Below, piece after piece: positions 1 to 11,874 of a stretch of DNA of 64,000 bases. Under the pieces are notes generated by a model, which was not told the origin of the DNA, searched no databases, and worked only from the letters and a program-made list of their open reading frames with translations. This stretch comes from Octopus sinensis (lineage: Eukaryota): positions 100,130,001 through 100,194,000 of the forward strand of contig NC_043002.1 of the NCBI RefSeq assembly GCF_006345805.1, in the 5' to 3' direction. Made by a program: the position numbers and the translations under genes. Positions within the stretch are counted from its first letter, which is position 1. Each line of letters starts with the position of its first letter.

Positions 1-45
1 CGTGTTTTGCATAGGTAGGCATGCAAGTATATTTGTGTAAGTAAA

Positions 46-273
46 GGTGGCGAACTGGCAGAATCGTTAGCACGTCGGGCGAAATGCTTAGCGTTATTTC
101 ATCTGCCGCTACGTTCTCGGTACAAATTCCGCCGAGGTTGACTTTGCCTTTCATCCTTTCGGAGTCGATAAATAAGTACCAGGTTCGCACTGCGGTCGAT
201 GTAATCGACTTAATACCTATGTCTATCCTTGTTTGTCCCCTCTATGTTTAGCCCCTTGTGGCCAATAAAGAAA
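46..273 (+). mobile_element. tRNA-derived SINE, family 'C' (GGCGGCGAGCTGGCAGAATCGTTAGCAC-type head)
   Basis: A-box-like TGGCAGAATCGTTAG and B-box-like GGTACAAATTCC. Homologous copies occur at 20216 and 46405 in this window. Confidence 0.8.
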
Positions 274-329
274 TATATATTTGTGTAAGCATACAGATAT
301 ACAAATAAATATATGCGTGCGCACATTTC

Positions 330-361
<32 letters not shown>

Positions 362-1834
362 ACTGTCTGTCTGAGCTGCGTATAATTTTATATATGGGAA
401 TATGAAATTTTATCTTTACGTGTTTTAAAGACATGCAGCTTGTATTCGCTCTTTGCTTGTATATCCACATATATGCATTTTAATGCATTTACACGTTTAT
501 AAACAGTAATGTATGCATCCGTGTGTGTACGAGTAGGTATTTTCGTATGATTATACTTGCGTATAGTGTTATAATACGTGTTAATTTTCTCCATCTTAGT
601 GCCTCCCCTCACCCTCACCCCACCTTATGTTATATTTATTATTCCTCTAACTGACCTATATAAACTTCAACACAAGTGGACATTTCTATGCTCTCCGATG
701 AAGAATATTTAATATTTTGTTCTCACGGTATAGCATTTACATCGCACTCTGACTATTTGTGTAAATATTTTGCATGCTCAGGGTATGACATTTTCCTCCT
801 ATCATACTGTTTTACTTGTACGGCATTAATTTCACATACATTGTTTCATTCTTGTATTCATACATTGTATTCATACGCAATATGTTTTAAATTACTTGAG
901 AAAAGGACATTGAAAGAAGATTTTAGGTGAATAAAATAAAAGTGTTTCATTCCAAATTGTCGATATTTGTGAAAATTAACAGTCAAATATACACTGCTAT
1001 CTGGCTTTATTGATTTCAATTAATAGAAATCGACATAGTTTCTGAATATAAATTTGTAAATTAAATTCTCCGCTTATCAAAACATAAAACATATTTAATA
1101 TTTACATATTATTAAAAGTAATTATGTGAATATATAGATATTCAATTATTTGTTTTCTTGAGCGTCTTAATTACCGATAGATGTACATATATTCATTCTT
1201 CAAGCAATGCTTTCCATTATTGATGTTTTCATTGGCCGGTAGTCATATCACGTTTATTTCATTTTAACCCAAAATCCTGAGTTGAATATTTTATTTTCCA
1301 AATATTTTGCACTACGGGGCACTCGTTTCTTCAGCCATTCAGTAGTAATCCTAACGATTTTGACATCCCCATCCAGCTCTAACAAGTACAGGCTATGCTT
1401 CCAGAGAATGTCCGAGTTCTTAAAGCAATCGCCACAAAAAAATGGACTTAGTTATAATCACTCAAACCAAACAGTATCTAAGCAATTAGTTTAAACATGT
1501 ATAAGCATAACATTTTAAAGTACTTCTAGGAATAACAATTGAGCAATTACTGAAGGTGTCGATCTATACCAGGTAGTCCCAAACTGCATGAACAAGCGGA
1601 TAGGCGAAACTTGAAATATTGGTCTAGGACGTTCTAAGGACTGGACGTCTTCTATCTTTTCTCTTTTCAAAGAAAATATTTCTTTCAGCGTTCACTATAT
1701 TTAACCTCGTTCTGGTCTAACGACTTTCCATGTTTGTTTTCGTTCGGTTTCTTTGTATGTCACCACCGTCCTTTTTTTTGTTCCCAACTTTCACTCTACA
1801 TAAACTCCAAAATTTATTTTGGAAGTTATGGGAG

Positions 1835-1898
1835 CATATATATACATATATATGTATATATATGTATAATATATATATGCATATATATATGTGTTATA

Positions 1899-1957
<59 letters not shown>

Positions 1958-2034
1958 GTAGTTGCATATACATGCATATATGTATACGCATATATATATA
2001 AATGTAATATATATATGTATATATATAGTGTATG

Positions 2035-2068
<34 letters not shown>

Positions 2069-2133
2069 TATATGTATTATAGTATATGTATATATATATG
2101 TATGTATATGTATATATATATGTATATATATAT

Positions 2134-2165
<32 letters not shown>

Positions 2166-2191
2166 ATATATGTATATATAGTATATGTATA

Positions 2192-2244
<53 letters not shown>
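1835..2244. repeat. (TA)n/(TATG)n compound microsatellite
   Basis: Directly visible; explains the YI-rich ORFs here. Confidence 0.95.
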
Positions 2245-2245
<1 letters not shown>

Positions 2246-3286
2246 AGCAAATGTATAATAACAGGCGATGGGTATATGTCAGCTCATTGCACCTATATTC
2301 ACCTCTGTTCCTGTGGCATTCGTTAAACCTGTACCTTCCGGTCCTTCTATGTTGGCAACCATGGTTCTGGGATTTCAGAGTGGCTGGTCTACTCCCTTGA
2401 TATATATACAGTGATCCGTTTGGGGTAAATGGCTTTTTGTTGATTTCTCCAAAAGTTTTGAAATGTTTACAGTCATCGCAATAATTAACACTAGATAACA
2501 AATGTTTTTTGATTAGAACAGTTTTATATTTTTTTATAAGTGAAGAGATTTTTTTTTTATTTTTGTTATTGTAGAAACAAATAGACAACAAATAAGTTTT
2601 AAGTTTCAAAATTACCTTTTGAATTGCGATCAATAAAAAGATCGGTTTTATGATTCGTTGTTGACATAGTGGAAACCCAAATCTATCAGCTTGAATTAAA
2701 GCCTGCACATACAATTCGGTTACTGATAAAACATGACTTATCTGATAGCTTGCTTCGTTTTTCGTCTCTCGTAAAATCAAGCTGCTTTCTCAATGCTTTG
2801 AATTTTTCGAGAATATTATACAATTGCGATACATATGTTATTTTAATTAAAGGTATGTATCTTATATTGCTTTCACATGTTAATACATCACCAGTAATTT
2901 GGGGCCAGAGGGACAGTTGATTATATTAATCCCAATACTCAACTGGTGCTTAGTGTGTACCTTATTTGGTGTGACTTGCCAATCAGAATTTATCTTGCGA
3001 AAGACGTTGATATCTTGATGTAACTTTTATTTACTTTTGTCAAGAATCGAAATTGGATCGAGACCATGAGTTGTACTTATTACCTACTCTACTGCAGAGA
3101 ATTAACTACACCCTGTAGCAATATAACTGCTAAATTTAATGCGTAGGGAAAATATTAAAAGTTTCAGACTTAAATAATTTGAAAACGGTAAGGAAGTATT
3201 CTTTTATTTATTTATTATTTCGCTGGGTATGATGGAAAGTGTCAGCTGCCCACGGCCATCAGACGGAGGTGACACTTGTTTACTGA

Positions 3287-3360
3287 TCATGATTCAAGAA
3301 CCCCGCGGAGAATTCTTGCTTTTCCAAGAAACGATGATTTTTCTACATGTTCTATCTGTA
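3287..3360 (-). mobile_element. C-terminal fragment of an RLE-type (R4/Dong-like) non-LTR retrotransposon
   Basis: Translates QIEHVEKSSFLGKARILRGVLES*, resembling the LQKxALLGTARILRKVL terminus of RLE LINEs. Confidence 0.55.
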
Positions 3361-3544
3361 CGTTTGTATCAATCGATTTTGAACCATTACCATTTATTAT
3401 AATTATTATTGTTGTTGTTATTATTTGTATTTTTATAATCATTATTCCTTCGTAACAAAGTGTATATAAAAATGCACCGGAGTCTTTAGTCATCTGTCAA
3501 GTCACAAGAAGTACCTCAGGCAGATAATTCTTTCCTTATACTAC

Positions 3545-3595
<51 letters not shown>

Positions 3596-4420
3596 GACTT
3601 TTGCTTTACATTTGTACAAGTTGGCTCCAAGTCTCACCCAGATACCTCAAAAGACAATAAGTTGGAAGTTCATGTTGGTGCTATGCCTAGGATGCCATAT
3701 ATTTGGTTTTGTACTTAGTGTTGCACTAGTGAATGTCTAAAAAAAACATACGAAAATTATGTTTGTTTTAAAACTTGAGATTACATAGAGAGTATTTTGC
3801 GTAGGATATGAGCAGTTCCCATGAGCACTATCTTTTGAATTTCTGCCATATTTGGGTTTCTTAGTATATGAGTTCACCTTTTGCAATCATTCCCAGGGTA
3901 CCTATGACAACAGGTATTGTTTTAGTCTTCAGGTTCCACATTTTGCTGATTTCTATTTCAAAATCTTTATATTTGCTCAGTTTTGGTAGGTGTTGACAGA
4001 TACGTTTATGTCGATTGGGACAGTCATATCAATGAGGAGGCATGTTTTTTGTCTGAAGTCTTTCAGTATGATGTCTGGCCTATTTGCATCAATCTTTCTG
4101 TCAGACGAGTGAGATGTGGTCATTTTCAAGTACTGGAGGTGGTTTGTGTTCCCACCACTTTTTATCATGGGCAAGTCCAGGCTTTTGCAAATTGTGCAGC
4201 TCTATCATGCTTGTTGAGATATTCTGTAGGCGCAAGAAGACTGCACTTGGAGACAACATGATCAATCGTTTCATTTTGTTGTTGACATACATGACATGGT
4301 GGGCTACTGTATTCTGATTGCTTTCATGTTTCTCTTGATACCTTCTGATAATTTCCCCAAGGAACCAACAATAATTGGCACACTCTGCACCTTCATTTTC
4401 CATAGCCACGCTATTTCATA
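3596..4420 (-). mobile_element. 5'-truncated, frameshifted R4/Dong-like RLE LINE (zinc knuckle, endonuclease, 3' UTR)
   Basis: The minus strand gives CHVCQQQNETIDHVVSKC (C-X2-C-X8-H-X4-C), then KHD, RPDIIL..LIDMTVP, KYKD and HILRKILSM* (stop at 3781-3783). The 3' UTR abuts a (TAA)n tract at 3548-3595. Confidence 0.88.
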
Positions 4421-4429
4421 CTTAAGAGG

Positions 4430-4464
<35 letters not shown>

Positions 4465-4489
4465 CACATGTGGGATACCTTGACCAACA

Positions 4490-4562
4490 CCACTAGGCAC
4501 CGTTTGTTATACTCTAGCATGTGATCTGTTTGGATTGGGAAATCCCACAGAACTTTGCAGGT
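4490..4562 (-). mobile_element. Small RLE LINE fragment
   Basis: Translates CKVLWDFPIQTDHMLEYN, the conserved LWDFxIQTD motif upstream of RPD in R4/Dong endonucleases. Confidence 0.6.
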
Positions 4563-4567
4563 CACGG

Positions 4568-4633
<66 letters not shown>

Positions 4634-4669
4634 CTATTATTATTATTGTTATTATTATTGTTACATGAT

Positions 4670-4840
4670 CGGCTTTTGATTTGTGTTTGCACAATTTGAC
4701 TCACCCAGAGACCTCAAGAGACACGTTAGAAGTTCAAGCCTGTGTTATGACTAGAGTGTTATTTGTTTGGTTTTGCACAGAGTATTGTTCTAGAGAATGT
4801 CTGTCAAAACATAAGTAAGTTAAAAGTTTGTTTTAAAAGT
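4670..4840 (-). mobile_element. Diverged second copy of the Dong-like LINE 3' UTR
   Basis: Aligns by eye to 3596-3780 (CTCACCCAGA.ACCTCAA.AGACA, GAAGTTCA, GAATGTCT, TTTGTTTTAAAA) and again abuts (TAA)n. Confidence 0.7.
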
Positions 4841-4940
4841 AATTTGATTATAAGATGATGATAGTGTAATGTTAAGATGACAGTAAATGGTATTAATTAT
4901 AAAATAATAGTGTGATGTTAAGATGACAGTAAAATGTGCT

Positions 4941-4941
4941 A

Positions 4942-4980
<39 letters not shown>

Positions 4981-5100
4981 CATTATTATTATCATTATTA
5001 TTATTATTATCATTATTATTATTATTATCATTATTATTATCATTATTTTTATTATTATTATTACTATTATTATTATTATTATTATTATTATCATCATCAT

Positions 5101-5132
<32 letters not shown>

Positions 5133-5150
5133 TCATTATCAATATTATTG
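4941..5150. repeat. (TTA)n/(TCA)n microsatellite
   Basis: Directly visible. Confidence 0.95.
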
Positions 5151-6612
5151 ATATTTCAAACACTTTTTGTTTGAGAAAGAAAGTTAACAATTTAGCGGCT
5201 GTTCCGTCAAAAAGTGTAATTAATATACAACATCTAAATAGTTATAGAATCTATATAGTTATAGAATATATTTTCAATTAAAAGCATCGATAAAACTTTT
5301 ACGAACAGAAATTTAAGTAGAATTTCATGTTTATCTAATTTTCGTGTTTTGTAAATCCCTCAATCAATCGATTGATCAAACCATCATTATTCATATATAT
5401 CATATTTATTTCGACTTCCATTGCATCAATTTACCAGATGCCTTCTCCATTGGGTGATTAGCTCATCTGGTTTGGTAAGGCCTCCTCACGCTGCACTCAG
5501 CGTAAAAATAGCATTTATTACTTCAACAAAATATACCAATTATGCTATAGAAGTGCTTCCTAAACCAATAAACCGTAACAATTAATGGATCTCTTTCTTT
5601 ACATCATGTGGCAAGATAGTCTATTAGATTTCTACACTAAATACACTGCACATTGTCAGGTCCAGAACATTAGTTATGAAATGTTCAGTTGTTTACCCAG
5701 CAGCCGCATCACTTTAGAAACAGCTGTTCTATGCTGCTGTTTAAATGAAGTTAAATTTCTCAATCATTAAGAAGAAATATCTGACGAAATGTTACCTAAT
5801 CACACATTTAAAGATTTTCATACATAAAATTTAAAAGCCCCTTTCAGAGAGTAGCAGTAAATAAATAAATCTTCGCTATGAATATTTAGATGAGTTACCT
5901 AAGTACGTATTTAGACAATAATCAAATGTCTCCTAAAGCGACATAAGTAAGTGATAAGTAAGTGGATAAATAAGTAAGATGATAAGTAAGTGGTTAAATT
6001 CTTATTATTATTCCTTTAGTCAATTGTCGTAGTTCGGAGAACTTGCTTAAATATATTATATGACTGACATTAAAATGCCAACGATTATATAACACTGGTC
6101 ATATTTAAACGCAGGTGTTATCTAAACCATTCAATACTCATATGATATTGTCGATGCTAACTGTTCGCAATATACCGGAATGAAATTAATTACAGTACTA
6201 CATTAGAATCAATGTTTACAACTTGAATAGAGGAATGGCATATAAACTGCTACCTTTTAGAAACCGTTAGAAATCTACATACACCACTGAATTGCATAAA
6301 TTGTATTCATCCCCCCCCTGCTCAATATGTGTTTGGTGTTATTTGTCAATATTTAGTAACGTGCTGTCCATTTCACATCGCCAGAGTCGATTTTAGTAAA
6401 TCTAGTACTCATTGTAGGATAGGCGTTATTATTTAGATATTTCGCATTGTCTAAAATATATATATATATATATATATATATCTATATTGTATAGAGGGCA
6501 TTATTACACATAAATGCCTCACACTAAGAGGGACAAAGTCATTACTACCAAAATTTATACTAATCATACCCAAATGCAGTTTTTCAAAGCAAGACATTTA
6601 AAAAATGAATTT

Positions 6613-6670
6613 AGTTCTGTATCACCGTGATTTCACATTCAACTTACGTCTTATGATCATCAGCAGAACT
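6613..6670 (-). ncRNA. Mirror copy of the hammerhead-like motif on the minus strand
   Basis: Reverse complement of 6903-6960 within the palindrome. Confidence 0.65.
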
Positions 6671-6902
6671 GATTCTGAACACATCATAAATAAACTACCA
6701 ACCTTACGTAGCGAAGACGAACAGACAACTGCTCACTCCGGCCAAGCACATGGAATGTTTATAAATCATATATCCGGTAAATGGCGGGCCATTTACCGGA
6801 TATATGATTTATAAACATTCCATGTGCTTGGCCGGAGTGAGCAGTTGTCTGTTCGTCTTCGCTACGTAAGGTTGGTAGTTTATTTATGATGTGTTCAGAA
6901 TC

Positions 6903-6960
6903 AGTTCTGCTGATGATCATAAGACGTAAGTTGAATGTGAAATCACGGTGATACAGAACT
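6903..6960 (+). ncRNA. Type I hammerhead ribozyme-like motif
   Basis: Stem I AGTTCTG/CAGAACT (7 bp); core CTGATGA at 6910-6916; stem II CAT/ATG extended by GAC-GTAA-GTT; GAAA at 6939-6942; stem III ATCAC-G-GTGAT; AUA cleavage triplet. Position 10.1-11.1 is U-U, which is non-canonical. Confidence 0.65.
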
Positions 6961-7216
6961 AAATTCATTTTTTAAATGTCTTGCTTTGAAAATCTGCATT
7001 TGGGTATGATTAGTATAAATTTTGGTAGTAATGACTTTGTCCCTCTTAGTGTGAGGCATTTATGTGTAATAATGCCCTCTATACAATATAGATATAATTA
7101 ATTTGTTCAAAAGAAAAAATTATTTTCGAATTCTTTTCTTTTATGAGGTTTTCACGCTAGCTGCCCGATAATTTCTTGTTAAGATCCCTTATTAAGAGAT
7201 TATCCTTAATTGTTAA

Positions 7217-7219
7217 ATA

Positions 7220-7275
<56 letters not shown>

Positions 7276-7313
7276 GTGTATGTGTGTGTGTGTATAAAGA
7301 TTATATATATATA

Positions 7314-7393
<80 letters not shown>

Positions 7394-7396
7394 TAT
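7217..7396. repeat. (TA)n/(TG)n microsatellite
   Basis: Directly visible. Confidence 0.95.
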
Positions 7397-7638
7397 ACAC
7401 GTGAATATATACATACATATAAAAGCATATGTGTATATATAAGCCAATTTATTTTTAATATTGCAGAAATTTCTTTTTTAGATATCGAAGCAAAATTGGC
7501 AAGATTAAGTTAGGCAACTGTTCAATGGAACTTCCTAAGCTGTGCCCCACAAATGTAAGAGAAGATTCTTTAGGAAGTGTCCTATGAGAATTTCGTTTTT
7601 CGTATAATTGAAATATTTCGAAACGAATCTAATTTAAG

Positions 7639-7686
<48 letters not shown>

Positions 7687-8582
7687 TATATACTTTACAA
7701 TAGACCTTCATTAAATCCAGTTATCAATGAAAAGCTTGCTTTTGCATGTCACCCAACATCATACCTTGTCTATTATTCTCTTGTGTTTTCCAATTGATGC
7801 ATCTGCTTTCCAAATATGGATGTTAATGTATTGTTCATGACATTGTACTATATTTCATGTATTTAGTTAACAAAATAGCATTAATATCATTGAAAGATAA
7901 AATTACAATGAAGCAGTAGAGAAGGTATTCCATCCAATATCTTTTGTAAACTGTCAACCACGATTTCAAAGGCGCATGCTGTGTTTGCGAAAATTGATTG
8001 AAGAGGAAACTAAGTTCAGATTATTGGCGAGCAAACAATGCGAGATATTTTTAGTCTGTGAACATAGTGCCAACTCAGAGTGGCCAGCTAGTCATAGGAT
8101 TTATGTTGCATACACATAGGTTCATTCTGTCTCAGCAGGTGAAATTCTTTCTAAAAGTCACTTACAGCTGCTGTGAGTAAATATTTTTATCGCTTGAACA
8201 ACGAGATTAGCCCAAAGTTAGATTCCTGGAGTGCAGGAATTTTGAGGATACTGGAAGTTACTTTTGTTTTATTTCTTTCTAAAAACTCAATGTGCAGATT
8301 ACTGTACACGTAACATTTGTCTAAAACATTTTTTTATTTTAATACTGAATGAATTATAACGATTCAGTGACGGAAGTATCTATCAACACTTGGGATGAAA
8401 ATAAGACAAGTTATATAAACTAAACACGGATGCTGTGAGTTAATAAAGTTAATAAAGATTACGTTTTCACTATCACAAAATTCAACTTTACACGATAAGT
8501 TAAATTTAACTTTAGGGAATAAAAAGTTTCGGTGTTCCTCTCACATCATACATACATATCTGTTTATACAATTATCGCTGCA

Positions 8583-8610
<28 letters not shown>

Positions 8611-8613
<3 letters not shown>

Positions 8614-8817
8614 ACGGGAAGCTTTATGAAAATAAACAAAAGACGAAGGCAGGTGGAATACAAACAAACAATTGTATTATTATGCCGCTCAGGAATATAA
8701 ATAAAACAAGTCTTTTACGCTTCGAGCCTACGCTCTTCAACAGAAAGATACACAGAGAAGAAACACAGAAAGAAGGAGAGAAAAAAAATGCGTGCAGAGG
8801 CTAGCGAATCAACATGG

Positions 8818-8820
<3 letters not shown>
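8611..8820 (-). mobile_element. Short interspersed repeat in (TA)n with a degenerate hammerhead-like core (Penelope-pLTR-like)
   Basis: Reverse complement of 13495-13710. Contains TTGAAGAGCGTAGGCTCGAAGCGT on the minus strand and has TA runs on both sides. Confidence 0.65.
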
Positions 8821-8864
<44 letters not shown>

Positions 8865-9036
8865 TTCCAAGAAGTTAGAGGTTGCGAATCCAACCAATTA
8901 AGGTATAATATCTATCTAATATACTGCTGGTAGAATACCCAATTATTAATACACAAATGTTTTTTATTGCATTGCAATTACATTACCGAGTGTACTAAAT
9001 GGGTGAGGGTAAAGACTAATTTTACCATCAATTTTT

Positions 9037-9191
9037 AGAGCAATAAGAAAATGGAGGGGATCAATAGGTGGTTCATCAACTTTTAGACATTACATTATGC
9101 CAATTCATTTATTTATTTATTTGCTAAAATAAATAAATTGACGTAATATAAGTTGATAAACCACCTATTGATCCCCTCCATTTTCTTATTG

Positions 9192-9195
<4 letters not shown>
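9037..9195. repeat. About 160-bp fold-back with 37-bp perfect outer arms
   Basis: AGAGCAATAAGAAAATGGAGGGGATCAATAGGTGGTT ... AACCACCTATTGATCCCCTCCATTTTCTTATTGCTCT, with imperfect inner pairing. Confidence 0.9.
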
Positions 9196-9260
<65 letters not shown>

Positions 9261-9414
9261 TATATATCTATATATATATATTCAGAGTAAGCATGCAAAA
9301 CGAGGACGATGAAAACCTTGAAAACATTTAAGAATTCTTCAACATTCGAAATTGAATGGAATTTTGTCTCTTAATAAGTACACCATACCAGACGGAATTC
9401 CAAATGAGAATATT

Positions 9415-9647
9415 ACTCTTATTCTTTTACTTGTTTAAGTCATTTGACTGTGGTCTTGCTGGGGCACCACCGTTAGTCGAGCAAATCGACCCCAGGACTT
9501 ATTCTTTGGAAGCCTAGTACTTATCTTATCGGTCTCTTTTTCCGAATCGCTAAGTTACGGGGATGTAGACACACCAGCATGGCAGCATGGGTTGTCAAGC
9601 GATATTGGGGGGGGGGGGGCAATTGCAGACACACAAACATATACACA

Positions 9648-9682
<35 letters not shown>

Positions 9683-9845
9683 GACGGGCTTCTTTCAGTT
9701 TCCGTCTACCAAATCCACCCACAAAGATTTGGTCGGCGCGACGCTATAGTAGAGGGCACTTTCTCAAGGTGTCACGTAGTGGGACTGAATCCAGAACTAT
9801 GTGGTTGGTAAGCAAGCTTCTTACCACGCAGCCACTCCTGCTCCT
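9415..9845 (-). mobile_element. tRNA-derived SINE, family 'A'
   Basis: Reverse complement of the 25471-25884 copy, with an internal TA/CA microsatellite. Confidence 0.88.
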
Positions 9846-10008
9846 ATGTTTATAAGTTAAGTTTAATGATTAGTCTACAAACATGCAGATTGAAATATTT
9901 TGGGAGAAAATGGCCATCCCTTCACTTTGTTTCGAAAATCATATTAAATTAAGCAAAGACCAGAACTTTCTAGACGTCAATTAACTTGAAGCCAGTATTT
10001 GACATGTA

Positions 10009-10541
10009 TTGGGTTGTCCGGAAAGTTCGTGCCGATTTATAGTAGCTTACCTTTCGACTTATTTTAGAACATGGTTGAATTCATAAAATAGTATTTGGCT
10101 ACATCTCCATTTAGAGCAGTTTAAGCTATCTTTTCGTGGAAGAAGGTTTATGTTCCTATAACATGTGTTAATTCTGTAACCCTTTAAATTGAAAGATACG
10201 AAAGTTCATTTTCGGCACTTGATTCTTTGGGAACCAGACAAATATTGCTGCTGCTCCATATTCACCAGATATTGCTCCTTCAGATTTCCACTTATTCAGG
10301 TCTCTGCAGAATAGTCTTAACGGTAAAAATTCCAATTCTTTGGATGACGTAAATGATACCTTGACATGAAACCACCTCAATTCTGGGAAGAGGGTATTTT
10401 CAAGTTAAAGGAAAGATGGAGACGTATTGTGCAACAAAATCGTTCATATTTGGTTGATTAAAAAGGTAATGTCAAGTATTTATTAACCTTTTTTTCTTTT
10501 CTTTTCTTTAAAAATCGGCACGAACTTTCCGGACAACCCAA
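10009..10541 (+). mobile_element. Internally deleted mariner element with intact ~30-bp TIRs and TA target-site duplication
   Basis: TA|TTGGGTTGTCCGGAAAGTTCGTGCCGATTT ... AAATCGGCACGAACTTTCCGGACAACCCAA|TA. The internal PYSPDIAPSDFHLFRSLQNSL matches the mariner YSPDLAPxD motif. Confidence 0.93.
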
Positions 10542-10936
10542 TACTTTCTTACCGGAAGGTTGAAATGGGAAGTTGATGTCAGGTGTTTTGGACTCGAAGC
10601 CTAAAAAGTCAACATTAATCTTTTAAGTTTTAAAATAGACAGAAAGCTATATATTTGATAAAACGGTGCACGGTCAAGTAAAGTGACTGACACTGCAAGA
10701 AGTTGTCCCAGGAGGAATGAAACACGGTTTCAGTGGGGCTTGAAATAAACTTACCATTGCACTGCCGTAAAATCGTATTTGATGCTACAACACTCTCAAA
10801 ACTGGCATAACAACATACACTCATACACATTCACATACACGAGAACTACGGGCATGCACACACAAACACATACGTTCCTATATACAGAGAGGATGTGAGC
10901 TCACATCATACATGTATGTTTATAAAAGTCCCGCAG

Positions 10937-10970
<34 letters not shown>

Positions 10971-11004
10971 AGCTCAGAGATTTGTTATTACTTATATATA
11001 TAAC

Positions 11005-11312
11005 GATAAATGTCGACCTCATCAAGCCCAACCAGGCTCCTGGGCCCGGTTTCCCGGTGTCTGTGGCGTACGTGTTCCTTGCAGCTGGACGGGACGCCAG
11101 TCCATCGCAGCGTTACTCAAGAAACAGGGAGAGAGAGTGAGAGAAAGTTGTGGCGAAAGATTACAACAGAGTTTAACATTACCCACTGTCGCAGTCTCGT
11201 GGAGCTTTTAGGTGTTTTCGCTCAATAAACACACACAACGCCCGGTCTGGGAATCGAAACCGCGATCCTCCGAACGCGAGTCCGCTACCCTAACCACTGG
11301 GCCATTGCACCT
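11005..11312 (-). mobile_element. tRNA-derived SINE, family 'B' head with a distinct body
   Basis: 11190-11312 is the reverse complement of the head at 11875-11995 (A box TGGCCCAGTGG, B box GGTTTCGATTCC). Confidence 0.85.
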
Positions 11313-11874
11313 CTACACATACACGCACACAAACACACACATACATACACACACATATGTATATGTGTGCGTGTGTGTGTGTATCGAGTTTAAGCATACA
11401 AAATGAGGACGATGAAAACCTTGAAAACATTTAAGTTCCTCAACATTCGTAATTGTATGGAATTCGTGGTGGAATTCTGAATCAGGCAACACATTAACCC
11501 TTGTAGATTTTATGTGTAAGAATCTACTAAGTTGCTTAATAAGCGTAAATTAAATTAATCTCAGCTTCACAGGCCTCAGCACAAAACAATAAAATAACAT
11601 GAGTCTTTGCCTAACTTCAAACAGATAAAGCACTGTCTTTCATAGAGCAGGCAAATCCGAAATACCGGAGTCTGAGCGTCAACTGAAGTTTCTTGGTGCT
11701 CCATGTAGAGAGATTTGTTTATTGAGACAAATTCCCACGGCGAATGCAAATTATTTTCTAGTGTCCTGGGACATGTTTAATATAAATGTGCATATCATAT
11801 ATCTTTTATCTTGTTTCAAACATTGGACTGCGGTCATGGTGTGGCACCGCCTGCATACATATATAATTCCTGTT

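Larger units (their letters stand above)
6477..7096. repeat. 620-bp near-perfect palindrome (about 309-bp arms, 2-nt GG loop at 6786-6787)
   Basis: The centre is ...TCCGGTAAATGGC-GG-GCCATTTACCGGA. The arms are reverse complements with one arm mismatch noticed. The mirror-image ORFs 6605-6814(+) and 6759-6968(-) confirm the symmetry. Confidence 0.97.

Noticed and set aside
1730-2326. Long YI/YM/CV-rich ORFs here and at 24475-24921, 27584-28839 and 53293-54104
   Set aside because: Translations of TA/TATG microsatellites, which lack stop codons.
4923-5281. Poly-L/I/Y ORFs resembling membrane or signal peptides
   Set aside because: (TTA)n microsatellite.
6605-6968. Pair of near-identical 69-aa ORFs on opposite strands
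   Set aside because: A by-product of the palindrome, with no recognisable protein features.
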